This document shows positions 9,473 through 17,995 of a stretch of 53,259 bases of DNA, in pieces. The notes under the pieces are model-generated. The model ran no database searches. It had not been told where the DNA came from and saw nothing but the letters and a program-made list of their open reading frames with translations. Source of the stretch: Candidatus Berkelbacteria bacterium (lineage in GTDB: Bacteria; Patescibacteriota; UBA1384; DTJR01); the NCBI GenBank assembly GCA_026397175.1, contig JAPLVK010000021.1, positions 1 through 53,259 of the forward strand, given 5' to 3'. The position numbers and the translations under genes are program-made. How positions within the stretch are numbered: position 1 is the first letter of the stretch; each line of letters starts with the position of its first letter.

Positions 9473-10063
9473 TTATTGTGTTGGATCGCCCGGGACCGGA
9501 GGAGAAAGAATGGAACTGTTAGTTGAAGTTGACGAGGAAGTCGCTGTCTCGGTTGCCGTTTCGGTCTCGCTCGGCTGCGCAGTTGTGTAAGTGCTCGGTA
9601 CAGTCAAATTCGGATCGGGCGTAATAATTTGCTGCGTTGCCGGCGGAGATCCCAAATCAAGTACAAATTTGCCGACATCATTAACTTGATCGTTTTTCAA
9701 GGTAACTTCCGTCGCAGTCAGATCAAAATTTCCCAAATTTGAATCAATTGTCAAATCGTAAGCACCGGCCGGAATTTTTCTGATATACCAGTCAACCGTA
9801 TTTAGCCCCGGGACCGCGAAAGAAAACGATCTATCTTTAAAAAAATATTTTTTGCCGCCACTAACCGGTGTAAAAACCGCTTTGACCGGCACGCTTTGAA
9901 CTTGAGGAACGGTGATTTGCAAGGAAAAATGTGCGGTCGAATACCCGGGCACAATCGTGTCGGCTTGAATTTTTTGCTGATATGCCAGCGCGCCAATTCC
10001 CAAAACGCCAATCGCCAAAAGCGCCGCTACAGTTACATTTGCAATTTTTTTTGAACCGATCAT
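9473..10063 (-). CDS. Secreted/membrane-anchored hypothetical protein
   Basis: N-terminal hydrophobic helix, beta-rich middle, S/T/P-rich tail. Confidence 0.75.
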   Translation of the reverse strand: MIGSKKIANVTVAALLAIGVLGIGALAYQQKIQADTIVPGYSTAHFSLQITVPQVQSVPVKAVFTPVSGGKKYFFKDRSFSFAVPGLNTVDWYIRKIPAGAYDLTIDSNLGNFDLTATEVTLKNDQVNDVGKFVLDLGSPPATQQIITPDPNLTVPSTYTTAQPSETETATETATSSSTSTNSSILSPPVPGDPTQ

Positions 10064-10098
10064 TTTGAAAAAATATTTTGCTGCTAATATAATGCTAG

Positions 10099-11583
10099 AT
10101 GAAAAAAACATTTATGTCAAAAAATGGTCTTTTGAGCGGGGCAACTTTGTATTTTTTCGCTTCGCCGACTTTTTTGATTTTACTTTTTATTTTTGGCGTT
10201 GTCATCGGCTCGCAAATTTTCTCTTCCTATATATATTTATGGATTTTGGCGGCGATATCTGTAATTACAATTTTTGCCCTTTTTCTCAAAAAAATAAAAT
10301 TGGGCATTTGTTTGATTATTTTGTCGTTTGGATTATTTTATTTTGCTTTTTTTCAGTGGGCAACGATAGCGCCAGTTCAAACCGGTTGCCAGGCCGCTAA
10401 AATTTCGTCAAATCCCAAACAAAGCGGCGGATCTCTGCAATTTTCGGCTCAATTTGAAAAAGGCGGCGTGGCAGTTATCAACACAAACGAAGCGATTGAT
10501 TTCGGATACGGAGATAAATTGAAAATTTGTGTTGATAAATTTGCGACAAATTCCGATAATTCCTATCGCCATTATCTTTTGAGCCAATATAAAACGGATA
10601 CGGTTGTTTTAAATCCGAAAATCGAAAAAACCGAAACAGGCCGCGGATTTTTGCGTGCTCTTTACAATTTTGCCGCCTCCGTTGCCTTAAAAATCCGTGA
10701 GCTAAATCCGGGCACAGAGGGGATTTTGGCCAAAGGACTTTTGCTGGGCGGCTCCCAGGGATTTTCCGATCAGTTTAAGCAAAATTTGAAATTAACCGGC
10801 ACGACGCACTTGGTGGCGGTTTCGGGCTACAATGTTTCGATTTTAACCATCACCATTTTTGGTTTTATAAGAAAATATTTTTCGCGCCGGCTGGCGTTTA
10901 TTCTCTCGAGTACCATGCTGGTTATTTTTTGCCTGATGACCGGCGCGACTTCCTCGGTTTTGCGCGCTTCGATAATGGGGGCGATGTTTTTGATATCAAA
11001 AGCCGTCGGCCGGCGCGTCAGCATTTTTCATTTTTTGGTCTTGGCGGCATTTTTGATGATTATTTTAAATCCGTTTGTTATTTGGGATTTGGGTTTTCAG
11101 CTTTCCTTTGCCGCCACCGCCGGGCTTGTTTTTTTGTCAACTCCGCTCGGGAATTTTTTGTCTTCAAAAACCCAAATCCCCGCAATCAAAGAGGGCTTTT
11201 TGATTTTGTCCGAAACCGTTTCGGCGCAGATTTTTGCGCTGCCGATTTTGCTCGGTGGTTTTGGTATGGTCTCATTGATTTCACCGATCACAAATCTTTT
11301 GATTTTGCCGCTTGTCCCAACCTCAATGGGACTGATTGCCGCTTCGTACTTTGTCTCGTTAATTTCCAGATATCTCGGGATTTTTGTGGCCGCAATCTCG
11401 AACATTTTGCTTGAATATTTTGTTTTTGTCATCAACTTTTTCGCCAAATTCAAAATCGCCGCCGCTTCTGTAAATATTACCTCGGCTTGGTGGTCGGTTC
11501 TGCTATATTTATTGATTGTATTTTTGACTGCATATTTCAGGAGAAAAATTAAAATTAAAATTGATGAAAGACCGGGGTTTTAG
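10099..11583 (+). CDS. comEC: ComEC/Rec2 competence channel, membrane part
   Basis: GTTHLVAVSGYNV, SVLRASIM, DLGFQLSFAAT. Confidence 0.95.
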   Translation: MKKTFMSKNGLLSGATLYFFASPTFLILLFIFGVVIGSQIFSSYIYLWILAAISVITIFALFLKKIKLGICLIILSFGLFYFAFFQWATIAPVQTGCQAAKISSNPKQSGGSLQFSAQFEKGGVAVINTNEAIDFGYGDKLKICVDKFATNSDNSYRHYLLSQYKTDTVVLNPKIEKTETGRGFLRALYNFAASVALKIRELNPGTEGILAKGLLLGGSQGFSDQFKQNLKLTGTTHLVAVSGYNVSILTITIFGFIRKYFSRRLAFILSSTMLVIFCLMTGATSSVLRASIMGAMFLISKAVGRRVSIFHFLVLAAFLMIILNPFVIWDLGFQLSFAATAGLVFLSTPLGNFLSSKTQIPAIKEGFLILSETVSAQIFALPILLGGFGMVSLISPITNLLILPLVPTSMGLIAASYFVSLISRYLGIFVAAISNILLEYFVFVINFFAKFKIAAASVNITSAWWSVLLYLLIVFLTAYFRRKIKIKIDERPGF

Positions 11584-12442
11584 CAAATTTTTGAACACGA
11601 TTTTGTTTGTTGCAATTGTTTTTGCGGTTTTTATTTGGAGTGCGGTAAATCGCAACATTTCCGCCAGTCCAACTAATTTTGAGGTACAGGTTTCGTTTTT
11701 AGATGTCGGCCAGGCGGACGCGGAGCTAATCAATTTGCCAAATTCGGTCCAGATTTTAACCGATGGCGGGCGAGACAGTTCTGTCTTGGGGCCATTAAGC
11801 AAAAAGATGCCGCGTTTTGATCGCAAAATCGAATATGTGTTTTTGTCGCAGCCCGATTCCGATCATATCGGCGGCATGAGTTTTGTTTTGGACTCGTATT
11901 CCGTTGGCGAGATTTTTGAGACAAATGCCAAGAGTGAATCAAAGACATTCGAGAAATTAAAAAACAAAATCAAGGAAAAAAATATCAAAGAAACAGTGGT
12001 TCAAAAGGGTCAGAAAATTGATTTTTCGCCAAATGCCAGCGGGTTAATTTTGAATCCGGACGAAAATCAGATCGGATCTTTGAGCTCAAACGACTCCTCG
12101 ATTGTGATGAAACTCGATTATAAAGGCGCAACCGCTTTGTTTACGGGCGATGCGGAAATTGAGGCGCAAGACAAAATTATGGCAAATTTTACGCGCGAGC
12201 AAATTCAAAGTGAGATTTTGAAAGTGGCCCACCACGGTTCGGGCGGGGCGCTGAATAAGAATTTTTTAAACGAGGTCAAGCCGAAATATGCTGTCGTATC
12301 GGTCGGGAAAAATAATAGTTACGGACATCCCAGCAAGACGGTTCTGCAGGCGCTTGGTGAAATCAATGCCGAAATTTTACGAACGGACGAAATTGGAACA
12401 ATTGATTTTGTTTCAAATGGGGGGAGTTGGACTAAAAAATAG
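11561..12442 (+). CDS. ComEC-associated metallo-beta-lactamase-fold protein (separate gene)
   Basis: FLDVGQADA, SQPDSDHIGG, LFTGD, KVAHHGS, YGHP, RTD. Confidence 0.92.
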   Translation: MMKDRGFSKFLNTILFVAIVFAVFIWSAVNRNISASPTNFEVQVSFLDVGQADAELINLPNSVQILTDGGRDSSVLGPLSKKMPRFDRKIEYVFLSQPDSDHIGGMSFVLDSYSVGEIFETNAKSESKTFEKLKNKIKEKNIKETVVQKGQKIDFSPNASGLILNPDENQIGSLSSNDSSIVMKLDYKGATALFTGDAEIEAQDKIMANFTREQIQSEILKVAHHGSGGALNKNFLNEVKPKYAVVSVGKNNSYGHPSKTVLQALGEINAEILRTDEIGTIDFVSNGGSWTKK

Positions 12443-12458
12443 GATTAGCTTGTGATTG

Positions 12459-12494
12459 TTTGCGCATTTTGTCCGATCGGACAAAATGCGCAAA
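12459..12494. repeat. CGATCG-centred palindrome, family A copy 4 (solo)
   Basis: Perfect TTTGCGCATTTTGTCCGATCGGACAAAATGCGCAAA, 16 nt after the MBL stop. Confidence 0.95.
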
Positions 12495-12689
12495 TAATAT
12501 TGAGGTTTGATGTTGATTGGGGGGCTGACTAATGGATGTAACTGTGTGAAATTTAAGGTTCATTTGCCACTTTTATACGATCGTATCAAAGTGGCAAAAG
12601 GTAATAAGTATAAAAGTTGGTGCTTGGGTCTTAAATTGCTGGTGAGTAAAAAGTAATGAGTATAGAATCCATAAAATGATTTTTAAAAG

Positions 12690-12724
12690 AAAAAAGCCCG
12701 TGTGATTTTCGGTCTCACACGGGC
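12690..12724 (-). terminator. Intrinsic terminator
   Basis: GCCCGTGTGA/TCACACGGGC stem with a T-run on the minus strand. Confidence 0.7.
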
Positions 12725-12778
12725 CTCTCGGAGGAGGAAGCCCCATCTTGTCAGGAGGGCTTCCACTTGGGGGGGCGC

Positions 12779-13189
12779 TCAATAGCGCGGCCCGTTATTG
12801 TAGCGCTGCCAGGCATTCTGGGCGTTTTGCTGCGCCTGCAGCGCGTTTTGCAGCGCGCCGAGTTGGTCAATCTGCGGCTGCAGATTGCCACCGTAGCCAT
12901 TGCCACCGTAGTTGTTGTACCCGTAACCACCGTTGTAGTAGGGCTGCTGCGGGTAGCAAACGGGTGGCGGACAGGGCTGCATTGGCTGCCAGCCCGATTG
13001 CCACGGTTGGCCGTAGGGCTGGTAGCAGGGCGGCGGCGGCGGGTAGCAGGGTTGCTGCCATACTGGGCCGAAGCGCGGCCCGAATCCGAAGTTGATGCTC
13101 ACGCGGGGCCCACCGCGATAGGCCGCCGCCATGCTGGCCACCAGGGCCAGCAACACAAAAATCAGTACGACCATGCGGAGCGCTTTCAT
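12779..13189 (-). CDS. Small secreted P/Q/G/Y-rich low-complexity protein
   Basis: Signal peptide MKALRMVVLIFVLLALVASMAAA, AAGGAG RBS, TTGACT-17-TATACT promoter just upstream, terminator downstream. Confidence 0.75.
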   Translation of the reverse strand: MKALRMVVLIFVLLALVASMAAAYRGGPRVSINFGFGPRFGPVWQQPCYPPPPPCYQPYGQPWQSGWQPMQPCPPPVCYPQQPYYNGGYGYNNYGGNGYGGNLQPQIDQLGALQNALQAQQNAQNAWQRYNNGPRY

Positions 13190-13468
13190 GTCGCGCTCAT
13201 CTCCTTTCAAAGAGCGTCAATCTCCTGTAACTTCCAGGTTCGAGAAAGTATAACACCTTCTCGAGACAAAGTCAAGATCTACTATGTATGACGAGGTCGA
13301 GGATTGAGCAGAAGGTGATATCTGGTTGTCAACCTGCGGCTTTCTAGTTATAATCTAGGCCGATGGGAAGCGAAATGCAAGAGGAACAGAGTTTATAAAG
13401 TTCGTAAAGTTGAAAGTTCGTAAAGTAGGAATTGAATTATGAATGAATGCACAAGGGAGTAACCTAAT

Positions 13469-14179
13469 ATGTCCGGACACTCAAAGTGGGCGACGACCAA
13501 ACATCAGAAGGCGGTAGTGGACGCGAGACGAAGCAATTTATTTACAAAACTCGCGAATGTAATTTTGGTGGCTGCAAGGTCTGGCGGTGATGCCGAGATG
13601 AATTATTCGCTTCGCCTCGCGATCGAAAAAGCGAAAGCCGCCAATATGCCACACGCCAATATCGAGCGGGCTATTAAACGCGGAACCGGCGAGCTAGGTG
13701 GAGCGCAACTCGAAAATATTACTTACGAAATTTATGGGCCGAGCGGTTCGGCAATTTTGGCGGAGGTGTTGACGGACAACAAAAATCGCACTTCGGCCGA
13801 GGTTAAATCGGTCTTAAATAAGTTCGGCGGAAAGATCGCGGGAAGCGGATCGGTCAGCTACCACTTCGACCGTCGAGGTATCATCGCGGCGAAGTCAAAT
13901 TTGAGTGCCGATGAAGCAGAACTTTTAATTATTGACTCCGGCGCCGATGATTACGAAAAGACCGAAAACGGATATTTGATATCTACTGGTAGCAAAAATC
14001 TCAAAGATATCTGCGAAAACCTCAAATCAAATAATTTTGAAATTTTATCACAAGAGCTGGCTCTCGAACCGAAAGAAACGATCAATCTGGACGAAGATGA
14101 CTCCGCAAAAGTCATCAAACTTCTGGAGGCACTCGACGAACTCGACGATGTAACGGAAGTGAATTCAAATCTTGGGTAG
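13469..14179 (+). CDS. yebC: YebC/PmpR family protein
   Basis: MSGHSKWATTKHQK, YEIYGP, TDNKNRT, LDELDDVTEVNSN. Confidence 0.97.
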   Translation: MSGHSKWATTKHQKAVVDARRSNLFTKLANVILVAARSGGDAEMNYSLRLAIEKAKAANMPHANIERAIKRGTGELGGAQLENITYEIYGPSGSAILAEVLTDNKNRTSAEVKSVLNKFGGKIAGSGSVSYHFDRRGIIAAKSNLSADEAELLIIDSGADDYEKTENGYLISTGSKNLKDICENLKSNNFEILSQELALEPKETINLDEDDSAKVIKLLEALDELDDVTEVNSNLG

Positions 14180-14183
14180 AATA

Positions 14184-14917
14184 TAGGGGACGGTTCTCTT
14201 TTGACCTGAAGTTTCGGCTTTTTACTATGCATGCTATAATTATTTTATGCCAAGATTGCCTCGCCACCTTTTGTCTCAAAGTTTCTACCATATTATGACC
14301 CGTGGCAACAATAAAAATGTTGTTTTTAAAACGGCCGCTGATTTCGATTACTACCTGGAACTTATATCAAGATACAAAGAGCAGCACCCTTTTGATCTCT
14401 ATCATTACTGTTTAATGCCTAACCATACACATTTTTTAATTAAGACCAGAAACGGTGCCGATTTCTCGATTTTTATGAAAAAATTGAATCTGGCTTATTT
14501 TCACCATTTTAAAAAATTTTATGGCTGGGTAGGACATTTTTGGCAAGATCGTTTTAAAAGCCAGGCCGTCGGTAAAGATAACTACTTTGTTCAGTGTGGC
14601 AAATATATTGAGCTTAACCCGGTACGAAAAGGGCTCATCTATAAGCCGGAAGAATGGCAATATTCTAGTTATAAATATTATGCCGAGGGGCGAAGCGATG
14701 ATTTGATAACGGCTGACTTTCTCTATGAAGATTTGGGCGGCAATTCGCAAGGTCGGCAGAAGAAATATTCCGACTTACTGATTGATGATATTGTTGGTGA
14801 GTCCTATCGAAAAATGGTTTGGGGAAGCGATCATCAGCGATATAACGAAAGACAGAAGGTGAATCGAATCGAAAGGAAAAAGCCGAATGAACAGGAGAAA
14901 AAGAGAACCGTCCCCTA
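14184..14917. mobile_element. RAYT element bounded by 19-bp perfect inverted repeats
   Basis: TAGGGGACGGTTCTCTTTT (14184-14202) and AAAAGAGAACCGTCCCCTA (14899-14917). Confidence 0.8.
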
Positions 14918-14918
14918 G
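14247..14918 (+). CDS. REP-associated tyrosine transposase (RAYT, Y1 HUH)
   Basis: MPRLPR, YHIMTRGNN, YCLMPNHTH (HUH), GHFWQDRFKS, YIELNPVR, WQYSSY. Confidence 0.92.
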   Translation: MPRLPRHLLSQSFYHIMTRGNNKNVVFKTAADFDYYLELISRYKEQHPFDLYHYCLMPNHTHFLIKTRNGADFSIFMKKLNLAYFHHFKKFYGWVGHFWQDRFKSQAVGKDNYFVQCGKYIELNPVRKGLIYKPEEWQYSSYKYYAEGRSDDLITADFLYEDLGGNSQGRQKKYSDLLIDDIVGESYRKMVWGSDHQRYNERQKVNRIERKKPNEQEKKRTVP

Positions 14919-15102
14919 GTTCCCCTAGGTAAGCCGTGTAACGGAAGTGAATAGTAATCTGGGGTAGCGTATAAAGTATAACGAATAGTGTATAACCACT
15001 GTCTATAACTAATTAACTGAAAAATCAGATTCAGAATTCTACTTAATTATTAATCGTTGTGGCTATGCTTTATGCACTATTTGCTATACGCTGAATAAGA
15101 TA

Positions 15103-15130
15103 TTGACTTTTGGTAGGGAACAGTTATAAT
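15103..15130 (+). promoter_or_regulatory. Sigma70-type promoter for the DGR target gene
   Basis: TTGACT-16 nt-TATAAT. Confidence 0.6.
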
Positions 15131-15318
15131 TTGATCTTAATCTGCATCTTGACAACATTTTTGAATTAAGTCCTTTGGGCCTAATTGTTTAGCTGAAAAT
15201 ACAGGTAAATAGCTAAGCCCGAAGGACAAAGAGTCCACAAAACCGCGTTAGCGGTTGGGCAAAGAGAAGGCGAAATCTCTCCGTCATCTGACGGTAAAGT
15301 CGCCGGAGGATATGTCTG

Positions 15319-16146
15319 ATGTTAAAGATGGGTCCTGCTTTGCGTGCATTTGGCAATACCGGACAGGCAAATGATGTGGATCTGGCATTAGGCAGATGCT
15401 TGGTGACACCAGCGATGTTGCAGCGGGTTGTCACCGATCCGACTCATTGCGCGGCAGTTGCCGCAGCTATGCGTGGCGAGCAACCCTCATCGGCTCGTTT
15501 CGATGACATTTTGGTCCGCGAGGGTAATGTCACACAGATCATCTGCGATTACGCCGAGGTGGAGTATCCTGGCAACGACATTGTCGAGAAGGCATTGCGG
15601 ATGGTTCAAGCCAAGCGCGGCGTTGTTACCATCCACGACCGTTTTGCCCCTAAGATCGCTCTGCCGCAGCTATTCAACTTTTTCTACCGTTACAACAAAG
15701 TGGCAGAGGAAGAGGGCAGAATTCCAGTCAAACTCTGGCAGACGGCTGGCCAGGAAAACTGGCGTGGATGGGATGCGGAGTTTTTGCCGACCGAGACCGG
15801 CGTCATCAACTGCGACTTCTCGCAGGTAATGCGCGCTACCGACATAACCGGTCGGCCATTTTTGCTCGACATGGACCAACAGATGACATGGGCCAAAGAG
15901 CAGGGTGGCGATGGTATTACGAGTGTAGAGCAGATTACCTTGCTTTTCATCCACTCGATTATCGAGTTTGGTCGGCCACTCTGGGGTGGCGGAACTGTCC
16001 GTTGCTGCAATTCGTGCGGCTCTGGTGACTCGCTCGATGTCTACTGGGACGCCGACGGTGGCTTCGGTGTCGGCGACTGGAGTTGCAGCGATCAGGACTG
16101 GAACATCGGTGCCGTGCCCCGGAAGTGTCTGGTACTTGGTGCTTGA
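15319..16146 (+). CDS. DGR target (variable) protein, probable C-terminal CLec-type fold
   Basis: The 3' end contains the VR; GGAGG RBS at 15305-15309; no obvious signal peptide. The fold is inferred from DGR precedent. Confidence 0.92.
   Translation: MLKMGPALRAFGNTGQANDVDLALGRCLVTPAMLQRVVTDPTHCAAVAAAMRGEQPSSARFDDILVREGNVTQIICDYAEVEYPGNDIVEKALRMVQAKRGVVTIHDRFAPKIALPQLFNFFYRYNKVAEEEGRIPVKLWQTAGQENWRGWDAEFLPTETGVINCDFSQVMRATDITGRPFLLDMDQQMTWAKEQGGDGITSVEQITLLFIHSIIEFGRPLWGGGTVRCCNSCGSGDSLDVYWDADGGFGVGDWSCSDQDWNIGAVPRKCLVLGA
16010..16126 (+). repeat. DGR variable repeat (VR)
   Basis: 117-bp ungapped match to the TR; all 13 mismatches lie opposite TR adenines. Confidence 0.97.
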
Positions 16147-16147
16147 T

Positions 16148-16182
16148 CCCGCCTTATCTGCCGACAGGCAGACGAAGGCGGG
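16148..16182 (+). promoter_or_regulatory. Hairpin downstream of the VR (candidate DGR homing stem-loop)
   Basis: CCCGCCTT/AAGGCGGG outer stem and TCTGCC-GACA-GGCAGA inner stem, 21 nt after the VR. Confidence 0.65.
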
Positions 16183-16193
16183 GTTGTTCCTTT

Positions 16194-16243
16194 TGGGATG
16201 TTGGGTTTTGGCTTTAAGCCCCCAGCATCCCATTTTTCTTTTT
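16194..16243 (+). terminator. Intrinsic terminator after the DGR target
   Basis: TGGGATGTTGGG/CCCAGCATCCCA stem followed by TTTTTCTTTTT. Confidence 0.7.
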
Positions 16244-16503
16244 ACTCACAATAATGTAAGATTTGATTTGAAATAGTAAAGAGTTTTGGTTTACGAATCA
16301 AAACCGCTGTTTCCTCCGGCTCTTTGAGACGGAACCCCGATGCTCTACGGAAATCGGGGGAGTTCAAAATAAGAGTGGGGAACTTCTTGTTTGCTGCTGG
16401 TCGAGATTTCGCAATTTGCTCAATTGTGGCAATGCGGATACTCGCGAATAAATTCAATCCCGAGAGAAATTAAGGGGTGGCGTAAAAGATGGCGGCGGAC
16501 AAT

Positions 16504-16620
16504 ATTCGTACGGCTCTGGTAACTCGCTCGATGTCAACTGGAACGCCGACAATGGCTTCAATGTCAACAACTGGAATTGCAGCGATCAGAACTGGAACAT
16601 CGGTGCCGTGCCCCGGAAGT
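16504..16620 (+). repeat. DGR template repeat (TR)
   Basis: Intergenic, A-rich copy of the VR; ten AAY codons in the VR reading frame. Confidence 0.97.
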
Positions 16621-16628
16621 CCCCCTTC

Positions 16629-16967
16629 TTATTTGATCGAGCGAATCCAACCGCCGAGCATTTTTCCGATTTCTTGGAGAATTTCTTGAAGATGCAAGTA
16701 CTTTTTTGTTGGAATTGCTTTAATTTCTTCGGCTAGTCGGATTAGAAGTTTCAATAAGTCCAATTTAATTGACGCTTTTTCTAAATACAGAAGTTTTTTA
16801 TCCTTGTTGCTGCCGGCGCCAATTAAAAGTTCGATCATTTCCAAATTTGTTTGTTCAATTTTTTGTCCAAGAGAATATTTATCCTTTTTCGGCATTTTTT
16901 CGATCACCAAATAAACTTCTCGATACAAATCATAAACACTTTGAATAATTGGAATTTCATTTTGCAT
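16629..16967 (-). CDS. avd: DGR accessory variability determinant Avd (four-helix bundle)
   Basis: IPIIQSVYDLY, MPKKDKYSLGQKI, LKLLIRLA, EIGKMLGGW; 112 aa, between the TR and the RT. Confidence 0.9.
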   Translation of the reverse strand: MQNEIPIIQSVYDLYREVYLVIEKMPKKDKYSLGQKIEQTNLEMIELLIGAGSNKDKKLLYLEKASIKLDLLKLLIRLAEEIKAIPTKKYLHLQEILQEIGKMLGGWIRSIK

Positions 16968-17985
16968 GGAAGACACCTTCCTTGAAATTATTAGTTTAGA
17001 AAATTTGCTTTTGGCTTGGCGTGAATTTCGTCGAGGGAAACGAAACAAACCCGATGTTCAGATTTTCGAGCGAAATTTAGAAGATAACCTATTTGCTTTG
17101 CATCAGGAGCTAGAAGAAAAAACATATCGGCATGGAGATTATACCTCATTTTATATCAGGGATCCGAAACTGCGCTTGATTCATAAAGCAACTGTTCGCG
17201 ACCGGGTCTTGCATCACGCGGTTTACAGGGTTCTTTATCCGATTTTTGATAAGTCGTTTATTTACGATTCATATTCTTGTCGCTTAAAGAAAGGAACGCA
17301 CAAAGCGGTTGATCGGCTGGAGTCATTTGCCAAAAAAGTCAGCAAGGATTATTCTGACAAATGTTTTATTTTGAAATGTGATGTTAGAAAATTTTTTGCC
17401 AGTGTTAATCACGAAGTGCTGTATCTGCTGCTTGGAAATAAAATTCAAGACAAAAATGTAATTTGGCTGCTTCGCGAAATCATTGGAAGTTTTGCTACTA
17501 ACTCGAGAGTCCTTCGACTCTGCTCGGGATTTACGAGAGAGAGCTTTTGGCCCGCGGCCAAAGGTTTGCCGATTGGCAATTTAACCAGCCAGCTTTTTGC
17601 TAATATTTACCTAAATCAATTTGATCAGTTTATTAAAAATCATTTACGGCTTAAATTTTATGCGAGATACACCGATGATTTTGTGATCGTGTCAAACGAT
17701 ATCGAATTTTTAGTTGATCTGATCCCGAAAATCGCGGAGTTTTTATCGGATAATTTAAAAATGGAATTACATCCAAATAAAATCTGTATTCGCAAATTTC
17801 GGCAAGGAATTGATTTTTTGGGTTATGTAATTTTGCCGCACTACCGAATTCTGCGAACAAAGACAAAAGAGAGGATGTTGAAAAATCTTAATAAACAGAA
17901 TCTTGCTTCATATCTTGGACTTTTGAGTCATTGTTCGGCGTTTAAGCTGAAACAGGAAATTGTAGAACTGGCAAAAAATCGGTAG
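16966..17985 (+). CDS. DGR reverse transcriptase
   Basis: DPKLRLI, RDRVLHHA, SYSCR..KGTH, LKCDVRKFF, GLPIGNLTSQ (DGR-type SQ), RYTDD, GIDFLGY. Confidence 0.97.
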   Translation: MEDTFLEIISLENLLLAWREFRRGKRNKPDVQIFERNLEDNLFALHQELEEKTYRHGDYTSFYIRDPKLRLIHKATVRDRVLHHAVYRVLYPIFDKSFIYDSYSCRLKKGTHKAVDRLESFAKKVSKDYSDKCFILKCDVRKFFASVNHEVLYLLLGNKIQDKNVIWLLREIIGSFATNSRVLRLCSGFTRESFWPAAKGLPIGNLTSQLFANIYLNQFDQFIKNHLRLKFYARYTDDFVIVSNDIEFLVDLIPKIAEFLSDNLKMELHPNKICIRKFRQGIDFLGYVILPHYRILRTKTKERMLKNLNKQNLASYLGLLSHCSAFKLKQEIVELAKNR

Positions 17986-17995
17986 AATCGAAGCG

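Noticed and set aside
15258-15300. c-di-GMP-I riboswitch
   Set aside because: The GGCAAA/GAAA resemblance is loose and the rest of the consensus is missing.
16489-16689. 66-aa ORF over the TR, and ORF 15968-16276 over the VR
   Set aside because: Alternative-frame shadows of the TR and VR; their similarity just reflects the repeat.
16966-17985. Group II intron or retron RT
   Set aside because: The LTSQ motif, the TR/VR pair and Avd identify a DGR; no maturase domain is visible.
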